A stretch of 48,094 nt of DNA from Deltaproteobacteria bacterium (GTDB lineage: Bacteria; Desulfobacterota; QYQD01), in the NCBI GenBank assembly GCA_007280345.1, contig QYQD01000002.1, positions 1 through 48,094 of the forward strand, read 5' to 3'. The position numbers were made by a program, and so were the translations under genes. The notes under the pieces were generated by a model. The model saw nothing but the letters and a program-made list of their open reading frames with translations. It was not told where the DNA came from and did no database searches. Each line of letters opens with the position of its first letter. Position 1 is the stretch's first letter. Of the stretch, positions 26,404 through 35,237 are shown piece by piece.

Positions 26404-27768
26404 GTGGCCATCTCAGCGGATATGGACCTGGTTAGAAGACGCGTCCAGGAAAAAAGGGGAGATTACGCGCGTTATAATTTTTCAGAGATACAAAGTAATG
26501 CCTTAAAGACTTTCTTTGATCTGGCCCAGGAATACGATACCCTGCAGAATCTCTACCGGGTCTGCGTTATAGTCCCGAAGGAATATTTTAACCTGGAAAG
26601 CAGGCTCTACCTGGTCAGTCCTGTAAATAACTTAAGGCTGGTCTGCGCCAGCGCCAAAGATCTCTATCTTGAAGAATCAGATACCAATGCGGCCGTACGT
26701 ATAGAAAATCAGGCCTATCTGGCCGATGAGTCTTACGTCTTTCCTATCAAAGGCAACCGCCTCCTGACGGAAAGACTACCATTCTATGCCAAAGACCAGA
26801 TTATCGGCATGCTTGAAATTTATCCGGCAAGGGGTTTCGCCGATCAGGATAAATTTTTCTTCCAAAAATACGCAAACCGTATCGGATATAACATCAATGC
26901 CAAGATCGTCTGGCAACAAAATATCGACCACATCAAGTTTATAAACAGCTTGGTGGCTGATATTGAACACAATGTAATTACGCCCAACATTCACTACAAG
27001 GTGTTTTTTAAAAACCTCCAGAAAAAGATAGCGCAATGTCAGGTGGTTGAAAATAAATTGAGAGAGACTCTCTCCCGGGTTTTAGTTGAAAATAGAGATT
27101 ACCCGGACGGTATTTTAGATCAATTGGATGAATTGACAAATAAAATGAAGCAGGACTATGAGCAGGTTTATCAGCATTACAGAAACACCAGCCTGTTCTT
27201 GGAGACCTTGTTTCGTCGCGGGCATTTCGAGCGCGGGCAATGGATCCTGCGCAAAAGTCATATCAACTTTAACCGGGATATTATCACCCCCCAGTTGGAA
27301 CGTTATCAAAAACAACTAGAGGATAGGGGCGTTGAGATTGACAATCGTATGGGCGGGATACCGGAAGAGGATATCGAACTCACCGTCGATGCCGGTTTAA
27401 TAGCACAGGTCTATGCCAATCTGTTCTCTAATGCCGTCAAGTATACGCAGGCCGTAATAGCCGCTGACGGCTACCAAGTGAAGCGCCTGGCCTTTGGCCG
27501 GGAGCGGATCACGGATTATTTCGGCCAGGGTAAGTGCGGGATTAAATTCAACGTATTTACGACCGGCTCTCACCTTGCACCGGAAGACGCAGCCCGCATT
27601 TTCGATGAAGGCTACCGCGGCGCCAATGCCACAAGTCAGTCAGGCACCGGACACGGCCTGCACTTTATAAAGAGCGTCATCGATGTACACGGCGGTGTGG
27701 TGGGCTATGAACCGGTTGGTGAGGGAAACAATTTCTATTTCATCCTTCCCTGCTCCAATAATAATTAA
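26404..27768 (+). CDS. cytoplasmic histidine-kinase-like protein (atypical H-box region, HATPase_c C-terminus)
   Basis: C-terminal N-box QVYANLFSNAVKYT and G-boxes DEGYRG...SGTGHGLHFIKSVIDVHGG. No TM segments are seen. The N-terminal ~170 aa may be GAF-like. The start could instead be the ATG at 26422. Confidence 0.65.
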   Translation: MAISADMDLVRRRVQEKRGDYARYNFSEIQSNALKTFFDLAQEYDTLQNLYRVCVIVPKEYFNLESRLYLVSPVNNLRLVCASAKDLYLEESDTNAAVRIENQAYLADESYVFPIKGNRLLTERLPFYAKDQIIGMLEIYPARGFADQDKFFFQKYANRIGYNINAKIVWQQNIDHIKFINSLVADIEHNVITPNIHYKVFFKNLQKKIAQCQVVENKLRETLSRVLVENRDYPDGILDQLDELTNKMKQDYEQVYQHYRNTSLFLETLFRRGHFERGQWILRKSHINFNRDIITPQLERYQKQLEDRGVEIDNRMGGIPEEDIELTVDAGLIAQVYANLFSNAVKYTQAVIAADGYQVKRLAFGRERITDYFGQGKCGIKFNVFTTGSHLAPEDAARIFDEGYRGANATSQSGTGHGLHFIKSVIDVHGGVVGYEPVGEGNNFYFILPCSNNN

Positions 27769-28442
27769 TGATCCCCTTAAGAGATAACATCCCCTCCCGT
27801 AGCTGGCCTCTGGTCAATATCTCCATAATCCTTCTTAACGTCCTGGTCTTTATTTATGAACTTTCCCTGGGGCCATATATAGAAAAATTCATTTTGCATT
27901 ATGGATTTACGCCGGCGGTATATCAATACCTCTCTGAGGTTGCTCCGGCAGACATTCCCCTGCGGGTCTATCCCATCTTTACTTCCATGTTCATGCACGG
28001 CGGTTGGGTGCATCTTATCTCCAATATGTGGATCTTGTGGATATTTGGAGATAATGTCGAAGACCGCATGGGACGTCTGCGTTACATCCTCTTCTATCTG
28101 GCCTGTGGGATAGCCGCGGCGTTGACTCAATTCTGGGTCAATCCCTACGCCAGAGTGCCGATGGTGGGGGCCAGTGGCGCTATCGCCGGTGTCATGGGCG
28201 CTTACTTCTTCCTATATCCTCATGCCCGTATTTTGACATTGATTCCCATCTTTTTCTTTTTTCAGATAATAGAGATTCCCGCCTTCTTTTTTCTCGCCTT
28301 TTGGTTTATTATGCAGTTTTTTAGTGGCAGTCTGGCTATAACCACCCACGCGCTGGCGGGAGGCGTAGCCTGGTTCGCGCACATAGGAGGCTTTATCACC
28401 GGTGCAGGCCTGATCTGGCTTTTTAAGAAACGTCACCGGTAA
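27768..28442 (+). CDS. rhomboid-family intramembrane serine protease
   Basis: HGGWVHLISNMWILWIFGDNVE, the catalytic GASGAIAG and AHIGGF. Multi-pass membrane protein. The start overlaps the kinase stop (TAATG). Confidence 0.85.
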   Translation: MIPLRDNIPSRSWPLVNISIILLNVLVFIYELSLGPYIEKFILHYGFTPAVYQYLSEVAPADIPLRVYPIFTSMFMHGGWVHLISNMWILWIFGDNVEDRMGRLRYILFYLACGIAAALTQFWVNPYARVPMVGASGAIAGVMGAYFFLYPHARILTLIPIFFFFQIIEIPAFFFLAFWFIMQFFSGSLAITTHALAGGVAWFAHIGGFITGAGLIWLFKKRHR

Positions 28443-28450
28443 CTATGGAT

Positions 28451-28524
28451 AACGTCAATGGTCATTAGTCATCAGTCATTGGTTAACTGTTGAAGATTGC
28501 TATCTTTTATCAGTGATAAATGAC
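28451..28524. repeat. heptamer-arm hairpin element (GTCATNN / NNATGAC family), copy 2
   Basis: aacgtcaatggtcattagtcatcagtcattggttaac - tgttgaagattg... - atcagtgataaatgac. It carries 2 extra heptamers relative to copy 1. Confidence 0.7.
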
Positions 28525-30790
28525 ACGCAGAGAGATGCTTATGTCTTATGAGCTTCAAATAAATACGGAGATAATCCCCCCATCCCACCCTTTGGAAAAG
28601 GGGGGCAAGGGGGGGATTGACTACGAAAAAGCCCTGAATCCTCAACAGCTGGAAGCTGTATGCATGCTTACCGGTCCTGCTCTGGTTATAGCCGGTGCGG
28701 GCAGCGGCAAGACACGCACCCTGGTCTATCGGGTAGCCAGGTTGGTTGAAAAGGGCATCCCGCCCCAGTCTATCTTGCTGCTGACCTTTACCTGCAGGGC
28801 GGCGAGGGAGATGCTGCAGCGGGCCAGCCTCATACTTTCAGACACCTGTCAGCAGGTTAGGGGCGGTACGTTTCATTCCCTGGCCAACCAGATGCTCCGA
28901 AAATTCAGCCATCATATCGGCTTTTCCCCTTCTTTCACCATTCTGGATCGTTCCGACAGCGCAGACGCCATCAATTTGCTCCGTTTAAGCCTTGGCCTGG
29001 ATGAAAAGGCCAGGCGTTTCCCCAAAAAGGATACCATTGCCGAGATATTCAGCAAGGCAGTCAATAAGGCTATAACTATAGAACAGGTCCTGGAGGAAGA
29101 ATTTCTCCATTTCATGGAACATAGTGAGGCCCTGAAAAAATTATATCTTCTTTATACAGAATATAAAAATAGCCATCAACTCATGGATTATGACGACCTT
29201 CTGGTTAAATGGAAAAATCTCCTGGAAGAGCGACCCGATATCAGTGACCAGGTTTCCCGGCGTTTCCAGTATATCATGGTGGACGAATATCAGGATACCA
29301 ATAGGCTCCAGGCCGATATTGTCCGACTTATGGCGGCCACCCACAACAATGTCATGGTGGTAGGCGATGACTCTCAGTCTATCTATTCCTTCCGGGGGGC
29401 TAATTTTAAAAATATTATGGATTTCCCAAACCACTTCCCTGGGACGCGCATCATAACATTAGAAGAAAACTATCGTAGCACCCAACAGATATTGTCCCTG
29501 GCCAATTCCCTTATTGCTAAGGCCAGGGAAAAATATACTAAATGCCTTTTCACACGCCGGCCAGGCGGAGTCAGCGCCCGTCTGGCGCCGGTCCCGGATG
29601 AAAACGCCCAATCACGTTTTATATGCGAAAGGATACTATCCCTAAGAAGAAACGGCGTCCCTCTATCCGGGATAGCGGTTCTTTTCAGGGCCGGGTTTCA
29701 TTCTTTTAATTTAGAGCTTGAACTTACTAAGGCAGGGATTTCCTTTGTTAAATATGGCGGCCTTAAGCTTATGGAAGCCGCTCACATCAAAGACGTGCTG
29801 GCGCATCTCCGTGTGGTAGTGAACCCCTGTGATCTTTTAAGCTGGCATCGTATTCTGCTTTTAATAAATAACATCGGCCATAAAACGTGCCAGCGCATAA
29901 TGGATTGGCTAAGGGATACAGGGTTTTCACTTTCCCGCCTTGGAGAATATCCCATCGGCCCCCGGATTGAAGAAGGTCTTGCGGATCTTTGCAAGGTGCT
30001 GGAAGCTATCAGCACACCAGGATTGAAACCTCAGGAGCGCCTGGAGCGGTTAACGGCTTACTACGAACCGATTTTAAGGCGCATATATTATGACGACTAC
30101 CCTAAAAGGTTAAAGGATTTAGAACAATTGGCCGTTATTACAAATAATTATGAATCGCTGGAGGCATTATTGGCCGATATGGTCCTGGAACCTCCGGAGG
30201 CCGGTGCATCCGATGCCGCTATGAGTGATAGAGATACAGAGAGATTGACACTATCCACCATACATTCGGCCAAGGGGCTGGAGTGGCATACTGTCTTTAT
30301 TATATCCCTCGCCGAGGGGCGGTTTCCTTCCAGTTATGCCTGTGAGTCCGATGAGGCCATAGAAGAGGAAAGAAGATTGATGTACGTAGCCGTGACCAGG
30401 GCCAAAGAAACCCTCTTTCTTTCCTACCCGGTTTCTACCTATACCCCGAAAGACGGTCGTATTATGGCCCGGCCATCCCGCTTTATAAATGATATCCCGC
30501 GATCTATGTTCGAATCCCGGGAAGAAACAGGCACATCATTCGCCACAGGTAGAGATTCTTATACAGGGACTGAACAAATACCGTCTCAACCAGGAAGAGA
30601 TGAAGAAGACGAGGCCGGATTAAAGACAAAAGATGGGATGCTACAGGCAGGGGCGCATGTGCACCATACTATATTTGGGACAGGCCGGGTAAGACAGGTC
30701 CTGGATGGACAGAAAGTGGTTGTACACTTTGATGGGACAGGGCTTAAAACCCTCCATCTTGGATATACGACTTTATCTGTAGTAAGGTAG
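28520..30790 (+). CDS. UvrD/Rep/PcrA-family ATP-dependent DNA helicase
   Basis: LNPQQLEAV, Walker A AGAGSGKT, VDEYQDTN, and a C-terminal UvrD_C domain. The first ~33 codons are encoded by repeat sequence, so the true start is uncertain. Confidence 0.9.
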   Translation: MTRREMLMSYELQINTEIIPPSHPLEKGGKGGIDYEKALNPQQLEAVCMLTGPALVIAGAGSGKTRTLVYRVARLVEKGIPPQSILLLTFTCRAAREMLQRASLILSDTCQQVRGGTFHSLANQMLRKFSHHIGFSPSFTILDRSDSADAINLLRLSLGLDEKARRFPKKDTIAEIFSKAVNKAITIEQVLEEEFLHFMEHSEALKKLYLLYTEYKNSHQLMDYDDLLVKWKNLLEERPDISDQVSRRFQYIMVDEYQDTNRLQADIVRLMAATHNNVMVVGDDSQSIYSFRGANFKNIMDFPNHFPGTRIITLEENYRSTQQILSLANSLIAKAREKYTKCLFTRRPGGVSARLAPVPDENAQSRFICERILSLRRNGVPLSGIAVLFRAGFHSFNLELELTKAGISFVKYGGLKLMEAAHIKDVLAHLRVVVNPCDLLSWHRILLLINNIGHKTCQRIMDWLRDTGFSLSRLGEYPIGPRIEEGLADLCKVLEAISTPGLKPQERLERLTAYYEPILRRIYYDDYPKRLKDLEQLAVITNNYESLEALLADMVLEPPEAGASDAAMSDRDTERLTLSTIHSAKGLEWHTVFIISLAEGRFPSSYACESDEAIEEERRLMYVAVTRAKETLFLSYPVSTYTPKDGRIMARPSRFINDIPRSMFESREETGTSFATGRDSYTGTEQIPSQPGRDEEDEAGLKTKDGMLQAGAHVHHTIFGTGRVRQVLDGQKVVVHFDGTGLKTLHLGYTTLSVVR
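28573..28618. repeat. G/C-tract palindromic element, copy P2 (inside the helicase 5' ORF)
   Basis: aatccccccatcccaccctttggaaaaggggggcaagggggggatt. In the ORF frame it translates to IIPPSHPLEKGGKGGI. Confidence 0.75.
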
Positions 30791-30794
30791 GTAT

Positions 30795-30915
30795 CAGTTC
30801 ACCGTTGTCCGTAAGAACCTGAAAAGCACGAAAAACTTCTCTTTTTCGGTGAACGGTGAACGGTAAACGGTGAACGTTGAACGGCGAACGGTAAACGGTG
30901 AACGGTTACTACGGT
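30795..30915. repeat. heptamer tandem array (CGGTGAA x ~9) with a short inverted left arm
   Basis: cggtgaa cggtgaa cggtaaa cggtgaa cgttgaa cggcgaa cggtaaa cggtgaa cggttac at 30847-30909. The left arm ttcaccgttgtccg is at 30798-30811. Same word family as 3941-4011. Confidence 0.8.
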
Positions 30916-30920
30916 GAGCG

Positions 30921-31682
30921 ATGGAAATAAGAGTCCTGGGATGCTATGGCTCTGAAATGCCCGGTTTTCGGCCTACTTCTTTTTTGATCAATAAGAGCTT
31001 ACTGCTGGATGCCGGGGCTATAACCTCCATACTTAGTCTCGAAGAGCAATTACAGATAACCCATATCCTCATCACCCATTCCCATCTCGATCACATTAAA
31101 GACATCCTCTTCCTGGCTGACAACATTATTGAACGGAACCATCACCCTATATGTATTGCCAGCTTATCTGCGATTATTGAACAGATTAAGGTACATATAC
31201 TCAATAACTCAATCTGGCCCGACTTTACGGTCATACCGGAGAGAGGCCCGGTTTTAAATTATCTCCACATGGATGAGGAAAAGGACATTCAGCTAAATGA
31301 AATCACCTGTAAGGCGGTGAGGGTGGACCACACGGTAGAAGCGGTGGGCTATATAGTCAGAGACTGCAATGGCGCCATAATTTATACCGGGGACACCGGC
31401 GCCACGCAGCGCATCTGGGATCTGGCGCGAACCCTTAAAGACCTCCGTGCGGTTATCGTGGAGGTATCATTCCCTGACGAGTTGCGTGAGTTGGCGGCGC
31501 TAAGCGGTCACCTTACTCCCGCTCTGTTACACAAGGAATTATCTAAAATGAATCGCCCGGACGTACCCGTCTATGCCTTTCATATGAAACCCATGCATCT
31601 GGAACGTATTCAAGAGGAGCTAAAATATCTTTCCCCCTTCCTGGTAAAGCCCTTGACACAGGGTGACCTTATCATTATATAA
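30921..31682 (+). CDS. MBL-fold metallo-hydrolase, class II cyclic-nucleotide phosphodiesterase-like
   Basis: The THSHLDH metal motif follows the N-terminal VLGCYGS...LLLDAG. The size and layout resemble the PDEase_II/MBL family. Confidence 0.6.
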   Translation: MEIRVLGCYGSEMPGFRPTSFLINKSLLLDAGAITSILSLEEQLQITHILITHSHLDHIKDILFLADNIIERNHHPICIASLSAIIEQIKVHILNNSIWPDFTVIPERGPVLNYLHMDEEKDIQLNEITCKAVRVDHTVEAVGYIVRDCNGAIIYTGDTGATQRIWDLARTLKDLRAVIVEVSFPDELRELAALSGHLTPALLHKELSKMNRPDVPVYAFHMKPMHLERIQEELKYLSPFLVKPLTQGDLIII

Positions 31683-31696
31683 TCTGTGGTTCTATT

Positions 31697-32977
31697 ATGA
31701 AGAATTATCAAGAAGCCGTTGATTACGTAACCAGTCTGGAATTCTTCGGCATCAAGCTAGGACTGAAGAATATCACCACCCTGCTGGCTGCCCTGGGTAA
31801 CCCCCACCGTCAGTTTAAATCTGTACATATTGCCGGAACCAATGGCAAGGGTTCTGTAGGCGCCATGCTTTCGGCCATTTTTACCGAAGCAGGATATAAG
31901 GTCGGTCTTTATACCTCACCGCACTTGGTGAGTATTCGAGAAAGATTTCGTATTAATGAGCGTATCATTTCGGAAGAGTGTTTTTACCGGCTGACCACGG
32001 AGGTCAAGGCCGCTCTGGCCGCGGACATTCCGGTGACCTATTTTGAATTTACCACGGCCATGGCCTTTTTACTCTTTGCCCAGGAAAAGGTGGATTTAGC
32101 TATTGTGGAGACGGGCATGGGGGGGCGGCTAGATGCCACCAATGTTCTCTCTCCGGAGTTAGCGGTTATCACCAATATCGGCCGTGACCATGAGGCCCAT
32201 CTGGGCAGATCTCTGTTCTCTATAACCAGAGAGAAAGCCGGGATCATCAAACCAGGACTTAGCCTGGTTACCGGCGTTCACCAGCCTAAATTGCTTGGCA
32301 TTATTCAACAAGACTGCCTGGCCTTTGATAACCCTATTTATGTCTTCGGGCAGCATTTTCGCATCCGCCGGGTTGGGATGAACGGATTCTCCTATCAAGG
32401 AATGTGGCGCAAACTGACCGGTCTTGAAGTCGGATTACAGGGGCAGCACCAGCTTGGCAACGCTGCTTTAGCCCTGGCTGTCATAGAACTCATGGGCAGC
32501 AAAGGGTTATCTGTGGATGAAAAAGTGACAGGTGAAGGCTTAAAGAAGGTTAACTGGCCCGGACGGCAAGAGGTATTTGATGGGAGCCCTACCATATTGA
32601 TTGATGGGGCCCATAATCCTTCCGGGGTAAAGACCCTTTGCCGGGCCCTGTGCAGGGATTTTGTCTATAATCGGTTAATCTTGATCTGGGGAGGGATGGC
32701 GGATAAAGATCACCGGGCCATGTTAAAGCAACTTGCGCCTATGGCCCGGGCCATCATCTTTACCAAACCCCGGAATAGAAGGGCTGCGGATCCAGACATG
32801 CTTTCAGCCCAACTGGGACCCCTTGATGATGGAGCGGTTTATCTGACCAATCAGGTCTCTGAGGCCATTAACAAAGCCAAAATGCTGGCCGAAGAAAACG
32901 ACCTCATCTGCATTGCGGGTTCTCTATATCTGGTCGGCGAAGCCCGTGAGATAATACAACCCTCATTTCTTCATTGA
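31697..32977 (+). CDS. folC: bifunctional folylpolyglutamate synthase / dihydrofolate synthase
   Basis: P-loop HIAGTNGKGS, ETGMGGRLDATN and DGAHNP motifs. Confidence 0.9.
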   Translation: MKNYQEAVDYVTSLEFFGIKLGLKNITTLLAALGNPHRQFKSVHIAGTNGKGSVGAMLSAIFTEAGYKVGLYTSPHLVSIRERFRINERIISEECFYRLTTEVKAALAADIPVTYFEFTTAMAFLLFAQEKVDLAIVETGMGGRLDATNVLSPELAVITNIGRDHEAHLGRSLFSITREKAGIIKPGLSLVTGVHQPKLLGIIQQDCLAFDNPIYVFGQHFRIRRVGMNGFSYQGMWRKLTGLEVGLQGQHQLGNAALALAVIELMGSKGLSVDEKVTGEGLKKVNWPGRQEVFDGSPTILIDGAHNPSGVKTLCRALCRDFVYNRLILIWGGMADKDHRAMLKQLAPMARAIIFTKPRNRRAADPDMLSAQLGPLDDGAVYLTNQVSEAINKAKMLAEENDLICIAGSLYLVGEAREIIQPSFLH

Positions 32978-33035
32978 AAGAAAATCCCTGATATGTTAGT
33001 AACCTCTCACTACTAGGTGTAGAGGTTTGTGACAC

Positions 33036-35237
33036 TTGCCCATCAGGTTTCTCTTAACCCCGATTATTTTATCCCTATGCCTGCTCTATGTTACCGCCCT
33101 GCCGACAAATGCTATAGCCATTGAAGGAAGCGCAAACCCTGATAACCAGCCGTGGCTTATGTATGCCGACAAGGTTACTACATTAGAAGACGGAAAGATA
33201 ATTATAGCTGAAGGTAACGTTATCCTCAGCCGTGGCGATATGGAGGTAAAGGCCGATTACATACGCTATCGCCGCGTGGATAGCCTGGCCTGGGCCAAGG
33301 GACAGCTGAATATCACCATGGGAGAAGATACCCTCTCCGGGGAAGAGGGCGAGATAAATTTAGAGAGACAAACCGGTACGGTTAAGCCCGGAAGATTATT
33401 CTTGAAGAAAAACAATGTACACCTGAAGGCGGCAGAGATAGTACGCGTAGCTGAGGATCAATATAGTCTCAAGGAAGCGACCATTACTACCTGTGATGGG
33501 GACCATCCTGCCTGGAAGTTTTCCTGTAGCCACCTGGACGTGACCGCAGAGGGTTATGCAGAGGTTCGACATTCAACCTTCTGGGTCAAATCTCTACCCG
33601 TCATGTACAGCCCCTATCTTATATTACCGGCAAAGACGAAGAGACAGTCCGGCGTATTATTCCCGGAGTTTTCTTACGGTGAAAGAGATGGGGTAAGTTT
33701 CAATCTACCCCTTTATTGGGCCATCGACCCTTGTTCTGACGCCACATTTTACCAGCATTACCTGTCCAACCGGGGATGGATGGAAGGGGTTGAGTATCGA
33801 TATGCCGGTGATAAAAATTCCAAAGGTATCCTGCTGGCCAACTATCTCTACGATCGCCTGGAAGACGACGACTACAACAAAGACGGGATCTTTCGCAGCA
33901 GCAGAAACCGTTGGTGGATACGGGGCAAGATAGATCAGTATCTTCCGCTGGATATCATGACTATGCTGGATTTAGACCTGGTAAGCGATCGTGACTATCT
34001 CCATGAGTTTGACGATGGACTCACCGGTTTTACCAAGACCAACCAGACATTTCTTAATAACTTCGGCCGGGGTCTGGTGGATAAGACCTCTCTAATCAGA
34101 GAATCAACCGCCCAGGTAACCCGGCGGTGGACCAATTTTTACTTGTCCGGACAGTGTAGGTACTATGATAACCTTAACCGTGATGAGCATGAGAATACCC
34201 TGCAAGTCCTGCCTTCGATCAATTTCCTGGCAGCCAGGCAGATCGTACCGGGTACACCCCTCTTTTATGAAGGAAATGTTGATTACATACACTACTGGCG
34301 TGAACAGGGTATTGGTATGCATCGCCTGGATATCTATCCTAAGGTTTCCTGGCCGTTGAGGATCGGGTCTTATCTCGATTTTCAGGGTCTTTTTGGCGTC
34401 AGGGAGACGGTCTATGATGTGAAAAACTATGGCGATGACTCTTATGCCGCGCAGATAAAAAAAGACCGGCCCATACGCACCCTCCACAACTTCCAGGCCG
34501 ACCTTTCCACCGAAATAGGCCGGGTCTTCAATCTGGCCGGTAAATCGAATACCAAGATCAAACATACCATTAAACCATCGGTGGTTTATGATTACCTGCC
34601 GGCCAAGAATCAGGACGACCTGCCAAATCTGGACGGCATCGATCGTATAAGCTCCCAAAACATCGTTACCTATGCTCTGACAAACTACCTGACGGCCAAG
34701 CAGGTGAGAGATGACGGCAGCTCAGTCTATAGAGATGTTTTCCGTCTTAAACTGAGTCAGAGCTACGATATTAGAGAGGAACGCCGGCTGCTGGCTGCCG
34801 GGGAAAGGCTGCGGGCATTTTCCAATGTGTTTTTGGAGGCTGAGCTTGCCCCCACAAATAGGATATATGCCCGGTACGACACGTCTTATGATACATACGA
34901 CAGTACGTGTAAAAGTTACAACGGATTATTGAGGCTTTCAGATAAGCGCGGTAACGGCCTTTCTGTTGATTATCGTTACACAAAGGACAGTCTGCATGAA
35001 CTCAACGTCGGCCTCTCCGTGCCCGTGACCCCGGCCGTTACCGTTACTTATGAAAACAGACGCTCTCTGGATTTAGACAAGAACCTGGAATCAAAGGCCG
35101 GTCTCAATTACCAGGCCCAGTGTTGGGGGGTCAGTGTCCAGTTTAGTAAGACACCGGAAGATCGCCGCTTCTTTGTCCTCTTTTCTCTTTATGGGGTGGG
35201 TGATTTTGGCCCGCTGGCATTCTCAGGGGCCCGCTAG
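33036..35237 (+). CDS. lptD: LPS-assembly outer membrane protein LptD
   Basis: TTG start, signal peptide, an OstA-like N-terminal domain and a large beta-barrel region with aromatic-rich strands. Confidence 0.8.
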   Translation: MPIRFLLTPIILSLCLLYVTALPTNAIAIEGSANPDNQPWLMYADKVTTLEDGKIIIAEGNVILSRGDMEVKADYIRYRRVDSLAWAKGQLNITMGEDTLSGEEGEINLERQTGTVKPGRLFLKKNNVHLKAAEIVRVAEDQYSLKEATITTCDGDHPAWKFSCSHLDVTAEGYAEVRHSTFWVKSLPVMYSPYLILPAKTKRQSGVLFPEFSYGERDGVSFNLPLYWAIDPCSDATFYQHYLSNRGWMEGVEYRYAGDKNSKGILLANYLYDRLEDDDYNKDGIFRSSRNRWWIRGKIDQYLPLDIMTMLDLDLVSDRDYLHEFDDGLTGFTKTNQTFLNNFGRGLVDKTSLIRESTAQVTRRWTNFYLSGQCRYYDNLNRDEHENTLQVLPSINFLAARQIVPGTPLFYEGNVDYIHYWREQGIGMHRLDIYPKVSWPLRIGSYLDFQGLFGVRETVYDVKNYGDDSYAAQIKKDRPIRTLHNFQADLSTEIGRVFNLAGKSNTKIKHTIKPSVVYDYLPAKNQDDLPNLDGIDRISSQNIVTYALTNYLTAKQVRDDGSSVYRDVFRLKLSQSYDIREERRLLAAGERLRAFSNVFLEAELAPTNRIYARYDTSYDTYDSTCKSYNGLLRLSDKRGNGLSVDYRYTKDSLHELNVGLSVPVTPAVTVTYENRRSLDLDKNLESKAGLNYQAQCWGVSVQFSKTPEDRRFFVLFSLYGVGDFGPLAFSGAR

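Noticed and set aside
30847-30909. The tandem short repeats here and at 3907-4035, 47479-47643 and 47899-47953 might be a CRISPR array.
   Set aside because: The units are 7-9 nt and directly abutting, with no spacers. There are no 25-40 nt repeats and no cas genes in the window.
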